Below are positions 1 to 9,489 of a stretch of DNA of 64,000 bases, in pieces; positions within the stretch are counted from its first letter, which is position 1; each line of letters starts with the position of its first letter. The DNA is taken from contig JANRKS010000024.1 of NCBI GenBank assembly GCA_033763315.1, positions 128,001 through 192,000 on the forward strand, written 5' to 3'. This DNA comes from Deltaproteobacteria bacterium (lineage in GTDB: Bacteria; Myxococcota_A; Polyangia; Fen-1088). The notes under the pieces were generated by a model that searched no databases, was not told the DNA's origin, and saw only the letters and a program-made list of their open reading frames with translations. Position numbers and translations under genes: made by a program.

Positions 1-358
1 GCTTGAGCTCCATGTAACGCTTGAACGACTTGATCGCGCAGTCAGCACCCCAGAAGCTTTCGGGTGTTTTCGAGCCTGGAACAATCAGTTGCTTGCAGGT
101 GTAACCCTTGTTCAGGTGCAACACCGGAAAGTTCGGCAACAGTTCCTCGGCTTTTTTGAAGAGCCCTACGGCTTCTTTGTAGTTACCGTCGTGATACGCG
201 GTGTTGGCTTGTTGAAGCAAACGCCGGCCACGCACCTGATCGCAACCTGCGCTTCCGAGAAGCGCAAGCGCACCAATCATTAGCACCGCTCGCCCCCACC
301 CACCTCGCCACGCCCCACCGCGGGCGCAGCGTGCTTTCGCTGCAGCTTTGTCCCACAT
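1..358 (-). CDS. TPR-repeat lipoprotein, 3' end runs off the window
   Basis: Manual translation of the minus strand: ...MIGALALLGSAGCDQVRGRRLLQQANTAYHDGNYKEAVGLFKKAEELLPNFPVLHLNKGYTC...; lipobox-like LGSAGC followed by a TPR helix pair. ATG starts at 280, 358 and 388 are all in frame. Confidence 0.7.
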   Translation of the reverse strand, partial: MWDKAAAKARCARGGAWRGGWGRAVLMIGALALLGSAGCDQVRGRRLLQQANTAYHDGNYKEAVGLFKKAEELLPNFPVLHLNKGYTCKQLIVPGSKTPESFWGADCAIKSFKRYMELK

Positions 359-566
359 AAGGAGCCGAGTAAATACAATGCCGATCATGAACCACGCAAG
401 GATTAAAGCCTGGGTTTCGTGTTTGGGGAGGGACGCAGCCCACAGGCCCTTGATCTTGCGCGCCAAAAACGCGTTCAATCGCCGCCCCTCCCGCTGCCGA
501 AGTCGTTAGACCCAGGCCTTGCAATGGAGGGGCAAAATATTTTTTGAAAAGATCCGCCCGAGCGGG

Positions 567-1805
567 TTAGGGCGTTTTGTAGATCTCAACCACTTCGCCA
601 CCGCGGGCGAAGTTCTTGAACTTTCGCAGAATTACCACCCACGGCGCGGCCACCTTCCACGCCACTGGTCGCTCATCCATGGGCGTGCGCAGCAAATGCG
701 TGGCCACGGTCTCGACGCCCGCAGACCGAGTCAATGCAGGCAAAGGCACCCAGTAAAGGTCGAGCTTTGGCACATCCGCTTTTTTCTTCTCGAGCGCCGC
801 CGGGTTCAAGGGATCGACCGTGAGGCTAAAGTGCAGGGTACCTGCGGACATCGATTCACTTTCAACGAGCGAACGCAGATCGTACATCTCGAAGGGGACC
901 GCGAGCTTGGTGGCTGTTGCGAGGCCCAAGCCATTGGCCAGATCCAGGTGCGTTTGATCCTCGGCCACCTCGGCAAAGGCGCTACGCCCCGGGCGGCGTC
1001 GGCGAAGCTGATTGACGGCCGACCAACCCATCACGTCAGGAATGTCGCCCCGCCACGTGACTTCGCCTTTGAGCACATCAAAGATGGCGGCGCGATCGGG
1101 CAAGCGCATGTCTTTGGCTTTGTCGTATCCACCGGGCTCCTGCGCAAAAATCTGCGTGTATCCGTCCATCCAGGAAAGAATGGCCAACGGCGGTTTGGCA
1201 AGGCGGTCGGCGCCGTCAGAGGCGAGGACGCGCGGTTTTCCCACCGGGGTCAGCGTCGCCAGGTCAAAAGCGGCCACCACAAATCGAGTTTGCCCCTTCT
1301 TGTCCTGGGCCCGGTCCCATCGGACCACGAAACGTTGATTGCCGCGGCTCGCAAAGCCGACGTCGGTGGCGGGGCCCACCAAGCCTGCGGGCTTGCCCGC
1401 ATCGTCGAAGCGTTGGGCCGTGCGCTGCCCGCTTTTGCCGTCGCGAACCACCACGATGACCGAGCGGCCCTGCCCCGTAAACTCAATGCGCTCAAACATG
1501 TCTTGTGGGCTGCCCAGGGGGAACGACGCCACCTTGGTCTTTTGGACAAGATCGAAGAATTCGAGCTCGGCAAACGACGCGCTATCGGTTCGAATCAGGG
1601 CAACCAAGCCACTCTGCACGTCGATGGCCATGGGATCATCAAAGAAGCCCTTGTCAGCTTTGCGCACCCAGGTTGGTTTCTGGACCGGTGGGGCCGAGGT
1701 GGCGACCGCCGCGGCAGGCGACACGGGCGCCGCGATCGCAGGCCCCCGGGCCACGGCCACCAACGCCAAAGAACCTACAAGACAACCGAACTGCTTGGCC
1801 TTCAT
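567..1805 (-). CDS. secreted hypothetical protein (412 aa, beta-rich)
   Basis: N-terminal signal peptide and Ala/Pro linker; GGGGAG RBS upstream; co-oriented with its neighbours. Confidence 0.7.
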   Translation of the reverse strand: MKAKQFGCLVGSLALVAVARGPAIAAPVSPAAAVATSAPPVQKPTWVRKADKGFFDDPMAIDVQSGLVALIRTDSASFAELEFFDLVQKTKVASFPLGSPQDMFERIEFTGQGRSVIVVVRDGKSGQRTAQRFDDAGKPAGLVGPATDVGFASRGNQRFVVRWDRAQDKKGQTRFVVAAFDLATLTPVGKPRVLASDGADRLAKPPLAILSWMDGYTQIFAQEPGGYDKAKDMRLPDRAAIFDVLKGEVTWRGDIPDVMGWSAVNQLRRRRPGRSAFAEVAEDQTHLDLANGLGLATATKLAVPFEMYDLRSLVESESMSAGTLHFSLTVDPLNPAALEKKKADVPKLDLYWVPLPALTRSAGVETVATHLLRTPMDERPVAWKVAAPWVVILRKFKNFARGGEVVEIYKTP

Positions 1806-1831
1806 TGAGTCTCCCCCTCACATCATCGGCC

Positions 1832-2623
1832 TCATTGCTCGTCACGGCAACACAACACGCCGCCAAGATCGCCCGTGGGCTTAAAAACGTTGATGACTTC
1901 CTGATCGTGGTTGGCGGCGCCGCCGCAGGCCCAGGCGCCCTGGGTGGCCAGGCAGTCGCTAAATTCCAGGCGCCGGTCAAGCGGGTAGCAACCGTCGCCC
2001 TCGGGGTGGCCGATGGAGCCACAGCCCCGAACGTCGTTGGCCCAGGCTTGCCCAAAAGCACAGTCGCCGCCCACGCCGCCGCCCCCAGCCACGGCGAAAA
2101 AGGCGCTCACACCGATGGCCACGATGGACTCGCAGAGGCTGCTGGAGAGTCGATCAACCTCGACAGGCCCGTGGCATACGTGCCAGCCGGACGCACAAAG
2201 ATCTGCGGCACCGCAGCCGACGCCGTCCACGCGCGTCCCCGTGTTGCCCGCGCCGCGGTCGCACCAGGTGTCCCTGACGGCTTCCAGGGTTAGCCCCGGA
2301 CGCCCCCACGCGCCCGCGCATCCCGCGATGCTGGGCCAGGCCGCCGGCGACGTATCTAAGAACCCCTCGCGCGTGCCGTCCGCACAGCCGACAACCGCTG
2401 GCTCCCCACTGAGGCTCATCAAAGGGCGCGCTTCGGCAGCGCCTGTGTCACGGGGGGCAGCGCCAAGGTCGGTGCCAAAGCTGTCAACTGCGCCGTCGCT
2501 CGCCCCGCCGTCGGCTGAGCTGACAGCGACGTTGTCGTCCGTGAGCCGGCAAGCGGCCAGGCAAAGCGCCAGGAAACAGCCGGTCCAACCGCCTGCCGTG
2601 TTTCGCCTCGTCGAGCTATTCAT
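1832..2623 (-). CDS. Cys-rich lipoprotein of myxobacterial type
   Basis: Lipobox LAAC, DGG-rich linker, then GCADGTREGF...IAGCAGAW...LCASGWHVC...GGVLCC domain with many cysteines. Confidence 0.75.
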   Translation of the reverse strand: MNSSTRRNTAGGWTGCFLALCLAACRLTDDNVAVSSADGGASDGAVDSFGTDLGAAPRDTGAAEARPLMSLSGEPAVVGCADGTREGFLDTSPAAWPSIAGCAGAWGRPGLTLEAVRDTWCDRGAGNTGTRVDGVGCGAADLCASGWHVCHGPVEVDRLSSSLCESIVAIGVSAFFAVAGGGGVGGDCAFGQAWANDVRGCGSIGHPEGDGCYPLDRRLEFSDCLATQGAWACGGAANHDQEVINVFKPTGDLGGVLCCRDEQ

Positions 2624-2715
2624 TGCCAAGACCCGCCCTTCACTTTAAGGCCACGCCACAGACCTGGGCCAGCGTTGTGTTTGACGGAAGTGCCTGCCGA
2701 CCCCATATTTGGCGC

Positions 2716-3309
2716 ATGCGTAAGGCCCAGGTGGAGCGAAACACCAGTGAGACCCAAATTCGCCTCACCGTGAATTTGGACGGCACCGGCGTGCGCAACA
2801 TTGATACACCGCTGCCGTTCTTCAACCACATGCTTGACGCCGTATGCCGCCATGGGCTGATCGACATCGATTTGGTGGCGCGTGGGGACATCGAGGTCGA
2901 CGCACACCACACGGTTGAGGACGTGGGCATTTGCTTGGGCCAAGCGGTCCGGCAAGCGTTGGGTGATCGCAAAGGCATCAACCGTTATGGCGACGCTACG
3001 ATCCCAATGGACGAAACCTTGGCGACGGCCGCGATCGATTTTTCGGGACGCGCTTACCTTGTGTATATGGCGGACTCGCTCAAGGGCCGGTGGATCGGCA
3101 CGTTTGACGCAGAGCTGGCGCGCGAGTTCTTTGGCGGGTTTGCAGGCGCGGCGCTTTGCAACCTGCACCTTGAATGCAGGTATGGCGAGAACGCTCACCA
3201 CATTGTGGAGGCGATGTTCAAAGCGTTTGCGCGAGCGATGCGCCAAGCGGCCAGCGTTGATCCACGCGTGGAAGGTGTGCCCTCGACAAAGGGCACCTTG
3301 ACCACGTAG
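2716..3309 (+). CDS. hisB: imidazoleglycerol-phosphate dehydratase
   Basis: RNTSETQI, FFNHML, DAHHTVEDVGI, PMDE, NAHHIVEAMFKAFARA, PSTKG motifs. Confidence 0.97.
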   Translation: MRKAQVERNTSETQIRLTVNLDGTGVRNIDTPLPFFNHMLDAVCRHGLIDIDLVARGDIEVDAHHTVEDVGICLGQAVRQALGDRKGINRYGDATIPMDETLATAAIDFSGRAYLVYMADSLKGRWIGTFDAELAREFFGGFAGAALCNLHLECRYGENAHHIVEAMFKAFARAMRQAASVDPRVEGVPSTKGTLTT

Positions 3310-3315
3310 AGAGTC

Positions 3316-3990
3316 ATGATCTTGGAAGCTTTGCCCGTTCGAGCCAACGCCCCCATTATCGTCCGCCCTCGCGTGGCGGTTGTAGATACGGGCAGCGGCA
3401 ATTTGCGGAGCGTGCAAAAGGCGTTGGAGGCCGTGGGCGGTGTGGCGCACGTGACAGAGGATCCTGACGTGATCGCAAAGGCCGATAAGGTGCTGGTGCC
3501 TGGCCAGGGCGCGTTCGGCGCGTGCATGCTCGGCTTATGCCGCGATGGTGGGGCTTTGCAACAAGCGGTGCTGGAAGCGATCAAACGCGGGGTGCCCTAC
3601 TTCGGCGTGTGCTTGGGGTTGCAAGTGCTGTTCGATGCCAGCGACGAAAGCCCGGGGACAGCGGGGCTTGGTGTGATTCCGGGGCGTGTGGTGAAGTTCC
3701 ACGTGCCCGCGCCTTTGAAGGTGCCACACATGGGATGGAACCCGTGCAAGCTTGGACCAGCGGCGGCGAACGCAAGCGTGTTGGCACACACGCCCAACAA
3801 TACCTCCTTCTACTTTGTGCACAGCTATCACGTCGTGCCCGTGGACCCCAGCTTGGTTGCGTTGCAAAGCGATCACGGCGAAACGTTTTGCGCGGCGGTG
3901 GCGCGCGACAATATTTTCGCGTGCCAGTTTCACCCCGAGAAAAGCCAAACGGCGGGCTTGAATTTGTTGCGCCAATTCGTGGCGCTGTAA
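3316..3990 (+). CDS. hisH: imidazole glycerol phosphate synthase, glutaminase subunit
   Basis: [41 protein letters not shown]. Confidence 0.96.
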   Translation: MILEALPVRANAPIIVRPRVAVVDTGSGNLRSVQKALEAVGGVAHVTEDPDVIAKADKVLVPGQGAFGACMLGLCRDGGALQQAVLEAIKRGVPYFGVCLGLQVLFDASDESPGTAGLGVIPGRVVKFHVPAPLKVPHMGWNPCKLGPAAANASVLAHTPNNTSFYFVHSYHVVPVDPSLVALQSDHGETFCAAVARDNIFACQFHPEKSQTAGLNLLRQFVAL

Positions 3991-4001
3991 AAGGAACCGC
4001 A

Positions 4002-4787
4002 ATGCTGGCCCGCAGAATCATTCCGTGTTTGGACGTCGATGCTGGTCGCGTGAAGAAGGGCGTGCGTTTTCAAGAGTTGCGCGACGCGGGTGATCCCGTG
4101 GCCGTAGCGGCCGCTTACGATCGACAAGGCGCTGACGAGGTTTGCTTCTTAGATATCTCCGCTTCGTCCGATGGTCGCGCCACAACCCTCGACATGGTGC
4201 GCGCCACGGCGGAGCAAGTGTTCCTGCCCTTGACCGTCGGCGGTGGCGTACGTTCCGTAGAAAACGTGCGTGAGTTGCTGTTGGCCGGCGCCGACAAGGT
4301 GGGCATCAACACGGCGGCCGTCAAAGATCCGCAATTGGTTCGTCGTGCCTCGGATGCGTTCGGCGCGCAAGCGATCGTGGTGGCGGTGGACGCGCGACGC
4401 AAGCCAGATAGCCCCGACACCGCGCCTGTTTGGGAGGTGTACACGCACGGAGGCCGCACGCCCACGGGCATTGATGCCGTGCAATGGTGCGTGCAAATGG
4501 CTGAGTATGGCGCGGGCGAGATCTTGCTCACCAGCATGGATCGAGACGGCACGAAGAATGGTTTTGATCTTCAACTGACGCGCGCGGTTTCGGATCGCGT
4601 GCCCGTGCCCGTGATCGCTTCGGGTGGCGTGGGCAACCTTGAACACTTGTATGAGGGCATTGCGAAAGGCGGCGCCGACGCTGTGTTGGCGGCGTCGATC
4701 TTTCACTTCGGCGAATACACTGTGGGCCAGGCACGCGAGTACTTGCGCACGCGCGGCGTGCCCGTGCGGCAAGTGCCACACGAATAA
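4002..4787 (+). CDS. hisF: imidazole glycerol phosphate synthase, cyclase subunit
   Basis: [56 protein letters not shown]; AAGGA RBS before ATG 4002. Confidence 0.97.
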   Translation: MLARRIIPCLDVDAGRVKKGVRFQELRDAGDPVAVAAAYDRQGADEVCFLDISASSDGRATTLDMVRATAEQVFLPLTVGGGVRSVENVRELLLAGADKVGINTAAVKDPQLVRRASDAFGAQAIVVAVDARRKPDSPDTAPVWEVYTHGGRTPTGIDAVQWCVQMAEYGAGEILLTSMDRDGTKNGFDLQLTRAVSDRVPVPVIASGGVGNLEHLYEGIAKGGADAVLAASIFHFGEYTVGQAREYLRTRGVPVRQVPHE

Positions 4788-4793
4788 GCAAGC

Positions 4794-6761
4794 TCAGTGT
4801 TTGTGGCTCACCGTGATGCGCAGCTCGCCCAAGCTATTGCTGAGCTTGTAGCCGGCGGCCTTGGGCCCAAACAACACACGCACGTAAACCCCCAAGGGGC
4901 GCGTTTCGAGTGACACGAAGGTGATCACAGGGTGTTTCACGTTGTAGACCGCCGGCCGCAACGGCAGCTTTGCTTTTGTGAGGATGGCCACCACGCCGGG
5001 CTGCGGCGCCAAGGCCAACACCTCGGTGGGTCGGCTTGATCCCATCAGAGGCACCACCACCGTGGTGCTATCGCTGTCTTGGGTCAGCGAAAACGGTGCC
5101 CGTAGAAACTTCGGCGGCGGCGGAATTTCATTGTCTGGGGCGGCCGGGGGTGGGGCGGCGGACTCTGGGGGCGCTGCCTCCAGAATGTCTGTGGAGGATG
5201 GTGGCGCACCAGCGTTCGTTTCTTGCGACGGTGGCGCAGCGGCGTTGGTTTCTGGCGACGGTGGTGGCTCGTCCGCCGCGGCGACCGAGGGCGATTCCGG
5301 CTCCGCCTCGGCAGGCCCAGGCTCATCTTTGGCGGCGGGCACGTTCGCGGGGGCGGGCCTGGGGGCAAAAGCGGCCGCGCGCGGGGCGGGCACGTCAGCC
5401 ACTTTGGGGGTAACGTCAACAGCGATTTCGAGGCGGGGCCGCGTCGGAGGGGTCGCCGTGCGGGTCACTTGAGGGCGTATTTCAGATTGAGGCGCCACCA
5501 AGGCGGCTTGGGGATCAGGCTTCGGCAAGGGTTTGCGCGTGAACACAAACGTCATTGCCACCATGCCCACAAGCACACCCACCATCACCACGCTGGCCCC
5601 CCGCCAAGGCAGGCGGCGAATCTTGGCGGTGGATTGCCTCGCCACAGGAATGGTGGGAGCCAAACCCAATGGGACGTGCTGCGCAGGCAGCTCCGACGAC
5701 CGAGACGTGGCGGCGGCGGGCACCGGCGCAGACGGCGTGATGAGGGCCGCCGTTTGCGGCACCGGCAACGGGGGCGGCGTTGGCAAACGCGGTGGCGGGG
5801 TCAGCGAGCGGGGCACCGGAGGCGGCGTGGCTGAGCGAGGTCGTGACGAGCCGAATTCTTGTGTGTGGCGATCGCGGCGCGCCTCGGGGACCGGCGACGG
5901 CAGCGACGACAGCGCCTTCGCCATGCCAGGCGGTGGATCGCCCAAAAGCTGCGGCGAAGGCGTCAAGGCGCCATGGGCCGCGGACAACGGCGGCAGGTTT
6001 GGGTTCGTGCTCCCGGTGCGTCGCACGGGTTTTGAATCGAAAAACGCCTCACCACGGGACCGCATCGCGGTCGAGAGCTCGCCCGCTTCCTTGAGCACAG
6101 CGTCGGTGGCGCGCATCTTCACCACAATGCGTGGGGGTTCATCGGGCTGCAGGGAATCAAGCGCCAGCCCCTCGATGCGCGCGTAACGATAGTGCAAGCC
6201 GTCGTCGCCGGCGATCCCCACCTTCACATCAGAGCCCACACGCAAGAACGGAAGCAAGGTGGTCACGACGATCTCATCCGGTGTCACGTTGCCTTGCGTG
6301 CGCACAGGGGTGGTCAGCCCCTCGAACCACACCGATAGGTTTTCGATGGGCGCCGAGGCGTGCGGGGCCGCCTGGCCGATGGCTTGCGTGACTTCGGCCA
6401 AGGCCGCTTCGTCATCTTGCGACAGATCCGTAAACTCGATGCCCGCGCCCGTGCTCTCAAAGCCTGGTTCGCTGCGGGATCGGGCCACCCATGCCACGCG
6501 CCCTTGCAGTTCTCGGGGCTGTCGGCCAAGCCGAAACCGGCAGCGCACAGGAGCGCCCAAACGAGGCACCGTGTCCGTGGTCAAGTACAGCCCCGCACGA
6601 CTGATGTTTTGCACCTGTGCGGGCATGGGGGTTTGCTGCCCGTCCGTCGTAATACGAGCGCTGCAGGAAAACGCAATCCGGGGTTCTCGCCGTTGCTCCA
6701 CGTGCCCCCATATACTGGCAAAAGCGCCCAACAAGAAGAACTTCCGCGCAGCCGAGCTCAC
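4794..6761 (-). CDS. PilZ domain + Pro-rich linker + TM helix + C-terminal AMIN-like domain protein
   Basis: QRREPR (RxxxR) and NISRAG (D/NxSxxG) PilZ motifs; TM helix VVMVGVLVGMVAMTFVF; C-terminal beta domain of about 95 aa. The real start may be GTG 6701. Confidence 0.75.
   Translation of the reverse strand: MSSAARKFFLLGAFASIWGHVEQRREPRIAFSCSARITTDGQQTPMPAQVQNISRAGLYLTTDTVPRLGAPVRCRFRLGRQPRELQGRVAWVARSRSEPGFESTGAGIEFTDLSQDDEAALAEVTQAIGQAAPHASAPIENLSVWFEGLTTPVRTQGNVTPDEIVVTTLLPFLRVGSDVKVGIAGDDGLHYRYARIEGLALDSLQPDEPPRIVVKMRATDAVLKEAGELSTAMRSRGEAFFDSKPVRRTGSTNPNLPPLSAAHGALTPSPQLLGDPPPGMAKALSSLPSPVPEARRDRHTQEFGSSRPRSATPPPVPRSLTPPPRLPTPPPLPVPQTAALITPSAPVPAAATSRSSELPAQHVPLGLAPTIPVARQSTAKIRRLPWRGASVVMVGVLVGMVAMTFVFTRKPLPKPDPQAALVAPQSEIRPQVTRTATPPTRPRLEIAVDVTPKVADVPAPRAAAFAPRPAPANVPAAKDEPGPAEAEPESPSVAAADEPPPSPETNAAAPPSQETNAGAPPSSTDILEAAPPESAAPPPAAPDNEIPPPPKFLRAPFSLTQDSDSTTVVVPLMGSSRPTEVLALAPQPGVVAILTKAKLPLRPAVYNVKHPVITFVSLETRPLGVYVRVLFGPKAAGYKLSNSLGELRITVSHKH
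5200..5264. repeat. 30-bp in-frame tandem duplication (about 2.2 copies) in the Pro/Ala linker
   Basis: GGTGGCGCACCAGCGTTCGTTTCTTGCGAC / GGTGGCGCAGCGGCGTTGGTTTCTGGCGAC / GGTGG; encodes PPSPETNAAA-PPSQETNAGA. Confidence 0.8.
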
Positions 6762-6904
6762 TTGGTGTGCACGGCATGCAGCGGCAAAGACACTGCAAAC
6801 GTTCTAGGCGCCCGTGAAGATAGGCAATTTTCTCAGGCGTTTATCGTCGTTTCGGTTGAGGCGCCCCGGGGCACAACGCTGGCGCACGCGGCCAGTTCAC
6901 GCCA

Positions 6905-8218
6905 TCAAAGATCTTTGTGCGTGAAGCTCTTTTTGCCGTCGCCGTAATCCGTGGTGACGTGGCCATTGCCACTTAACAACCAACGATACGTTACAAGGCC
7001 GTCGATGCCCACGGGACCGCGCGCGTGCAGCTTATCGGTGCTGATCCCCACCTCGGCGCCCAGCCCGAAGCGGTAACCGTCCGCGAAGCGCGTGCTGGCG
7101 TTGTGAAACACACAGGCTGCATCCACTTGCGCCAAGAAGCGCTCGGCGGCGGCGGGATCTTCCGTGACGATCGCTTCGGTGTGGCGCGAGCCATGTTTCG
7201 CAATGTGAGCCAACGCCTCGTTCATGCCCGCCACTTGCATAACAGAGATGATCAACGCTCCGTACTCTGTGTCCCAATCAGCGGCGGTGGCCAACTCGAT
7301 GTTGGGATGCCGCACCCGCGTGCCGTGGCAGCCACGCACTTGCACCTTCGCTTGCACCAAGGCTTCAATCGTGGCGTCTAAAACCTCCGCGGCGTCGCCA
7401 TCCCACAACAACGTTTCCACCGCATTGCAAGCGGCGGGGTAACTGGTTTTGGCATCAACAACAAGGCGCGCGGCCTTGGCTGGATCCGCCGCGCCATGCA
7501 GGTACATGTGACAAATGCCATCGGCGTGGGCCATCACGGGGATGCGCGTGTTGTCGCGCACGTAATGAACAAACTCTGACGAGCCACGGGCGATCATGAG
7601 ATCGACCAGATCGTGTTGCTTTAACAACTCCGCCACGCCGGCGCGATCCTCAAGCAGCACGACGGCCGCGGCCTCTAAGTTATGAGCAGCCAACACCTTG
7701 TGCACCACCGCGGCCAAGGCACGGTTCGTATGCAAGGCCTCCTTGCCACCTTTGCACACCAAAGCGTTGCCACTTTTAAGCGCCAGGCCCGTGATCTGCA
7801 CAAACGCGTCGGGGCGGGCTTCGAACACCACGCCCAAGACGCCGAGCGGGCACGTGATCTGCTGCAGCACCAAGCCATCATCAAGTTCACGATGCGCGAG
7901 CCGTTGCCCCACCACGTCGGGGGCGCCGGCCAGTTGTCGCAAGCCATCCACCAACGTGCCCAGCTTTTTTGCGTCGATGCCCAAACGATTCACCAACGCG
8001 GCCGCCAATTCGCCCCGGCTTTGTGCAGCGCGGGCGTCACGAAGATCGGCTTCGTTGGCTTTGATGACGTCAGCTTGTACCGCCGGATCGGCGTACGCTT
8101 GCGCCAGTGCGCTTAACAGCGCGGCACGCGCGGCCGGGGTCAGCGCCGCCAGCCGCAGACCTGCGGCTTTGGCGGCAACGATCGTTTCGCGAAGAGGAGA
8201 AAGCGCTGCGGCGTCCAT
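6905..8218 (-). CDS. proA: gamma-glutamyl phosphate reductase
   Basis: PLGVLGVVFEARP, LKSGNA..KGGKEA, ACNAVETLL, HTEAIVT, NASTRFADG, GAEVGIST.KLHARGPVG. Confidence 0.96.
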   Translation of the reverse strand: MDAAALSPLRETIVAAKAAGLRLAALTPAARAALLSALAQAYADPAVQADVIKANEADLRDARAAQSRGELAAALVNRLGIDAKKLGTLVDGLRQLAGAPDVVGQRLAHRELDDGLVLQQITCPLGVLGVVFEARPDAFVQITGLALKSGNALVCKGGKEALHTNRALAAVVHKVLAAHNLEAAAVVLLEDRAGVAELLKQHDLVDLMIARGSSEFVHYVRDNTRIPVMAHADGICHMYLHGAADPAKAARLVVDAKTSYPAACNAVETLLWDGDAAEVLDATIEALVQAKVQVRGCHGTRVRHPNIELATAADWDTEYGALIISVMQVAGMNEALAHIAKHGSRHTEAIVTEDPAAAERFLAQVDAACVFHNASTRFADGYRFGLGAEVGISTDKLHARGPVGIDGLVTYRWLLSGNGHVTTDYGDGKKSFTHKDL

Positions 8219-8272
8219 GCACGGCGAATGCTACGCCACAATCGGCACCCGCGCCGTCGCCAAAGCGACAGA

Positions 8273-9307
8273 CTAGGGCGCGATGACGCCCACGCGTTGC
8301 GCATGCTGGCGCGCCAACAAGGCAGCCCCACGGCAGCCGGCCATATCTTGGTCGGCGGCGTAATCGATGATGATCTCCTGCGCCAGCAGCGGGAATGCCT
8401 CGCGCTGAAACGTTTCCCGCACTTGCCGCAAATAGCGCGCGCGGAAGGCCTCCGAACTTTCGGTGATGCCGCCACCAATCAAGAAGATGTGTGGGTCGAA
8501 CGCGTGCGCGAGCTGCACCAACAGGAAGCCCAAGGCCTTGGCTTGAAAATCAAACAGCTCAAGCGCCAGCCCGTCGCCCTGCTGGGCCAAGCCCAAGAGA
8601 CGCACGGCCCGAGAGCGGCCTTCGTCCGGGATCTGGCGCAAGGGGTGATCGGGGGCTTTGCCCTTCTCAAAGGCTTTGCGCAATTGCTTGTCGAGCGCGG
8701 CCAACGAGACGAACGCCTCGGCGCACGCCTTCTTACCGCAGCCACACACCGGCACATCACCATCGGTGACCAGTTCGTAGGTGGGCAAGCGCATGTGGCC
8801 GAACTCAGCGCCGTAGCCGCGCACGCCCGTCAGCACATTGCCCCCTTGCACGAACGCGCCGCCTAAACCCGTACCCAAGATGGCGGCGCCCAGGCTTTTG
8901 TCGGGCGCATCCCCGAACAAACGAAAGTATTCCCAATACGCGGCGGCGTTGCCGTCATTGGCGTAGAGCACCGGCATACCAATCGCTTCTTCGAACGCCT
9001 TGCGCACCGGGAAGTTCAACCAATCGGGATGCTTGAGGTTGGGCGAGCGGCCGAGCACACCATCAATGGAGGCGGGGCCGGGTGTATCAAGGCCCACCAT
9101 CGCCACACGATCCCAACTTGCACCGGCGATTTGCAGCGCCTTTTCAGCGGCTTTTTTCAGCTGGCCAACGGTGGTGGTGGGGCCGTCGCTGGCCAAGGAG
9201 AGCACCTTCTCCCACTCGTTGATTAAGATTTCGCCATCGCGGCTCGTTACCGTAGCCTTGATGTCGGTGCCTCCCATGTCCACGCCAACAAACAGGTCGC
9301 GTTGCAT
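8273..9307 (-). CDS. ROK-family sugar kinase (glucokinase-like)
   Basis: GVDMGGT, ANDGNAAA, LGTGLGG, AEFGH, CGCGKKACAE zinc motif; no N-terminal HTH. Confidence 0.9.
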   Translation of the reverse strand: MQRDLFVGVDMGGTDIKATVTSRDGEILINEWEKVLSLASDGPTTTVGQLKKAAEKALQIAGASWDRVAMVGLDTPGPASIDGVLGRSPNLKHPDWLNFPVRKAFEEAIGMPVLYANDGNAAAYWEYFRLFGDAPDKSLGAAILGTGLGGAFVQGGNVLTGVRGYGAEFGHMRLPTYELVTDGDVPVCGCGKKACAEAFVSLAALDKQLRKAFEKGKAPDHPLRQIPDEGRSRAVRLLGLAQQGDGLALELFDFQAKALGFLLVQLAHAFDPHIFLIGGGITESSEAFRARYLRQVRETFQREAFPLLAQEIIIDYAADQDMAGCRGAALLARQHAQRVGVIAP

Positions 9308-9489
9308 GTGGGTTCTTCCGAAGTCCTTGTAATGTGTCGGTTAAAGCGCGAGACCGCCGCCGACGAAGAAGCGAGGCCCCAAGGGGCTCACTATGCCGAT
9401 TTTTGGTACGAGGTGCACGAAAAAATCCTGTGCAAACATCTAAGCGGGCCCGCGCACCGAGCGTAGCAGAGAGAAACGCGGCAGAAACG

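Noticed and set aside
9413-9435. TGCAC-N11-GTGCA inverted repeat upstream of the ROK kinase
   Set aside because: The arms are only 5 bp, which is compatible with chance in GC-rich DNA.
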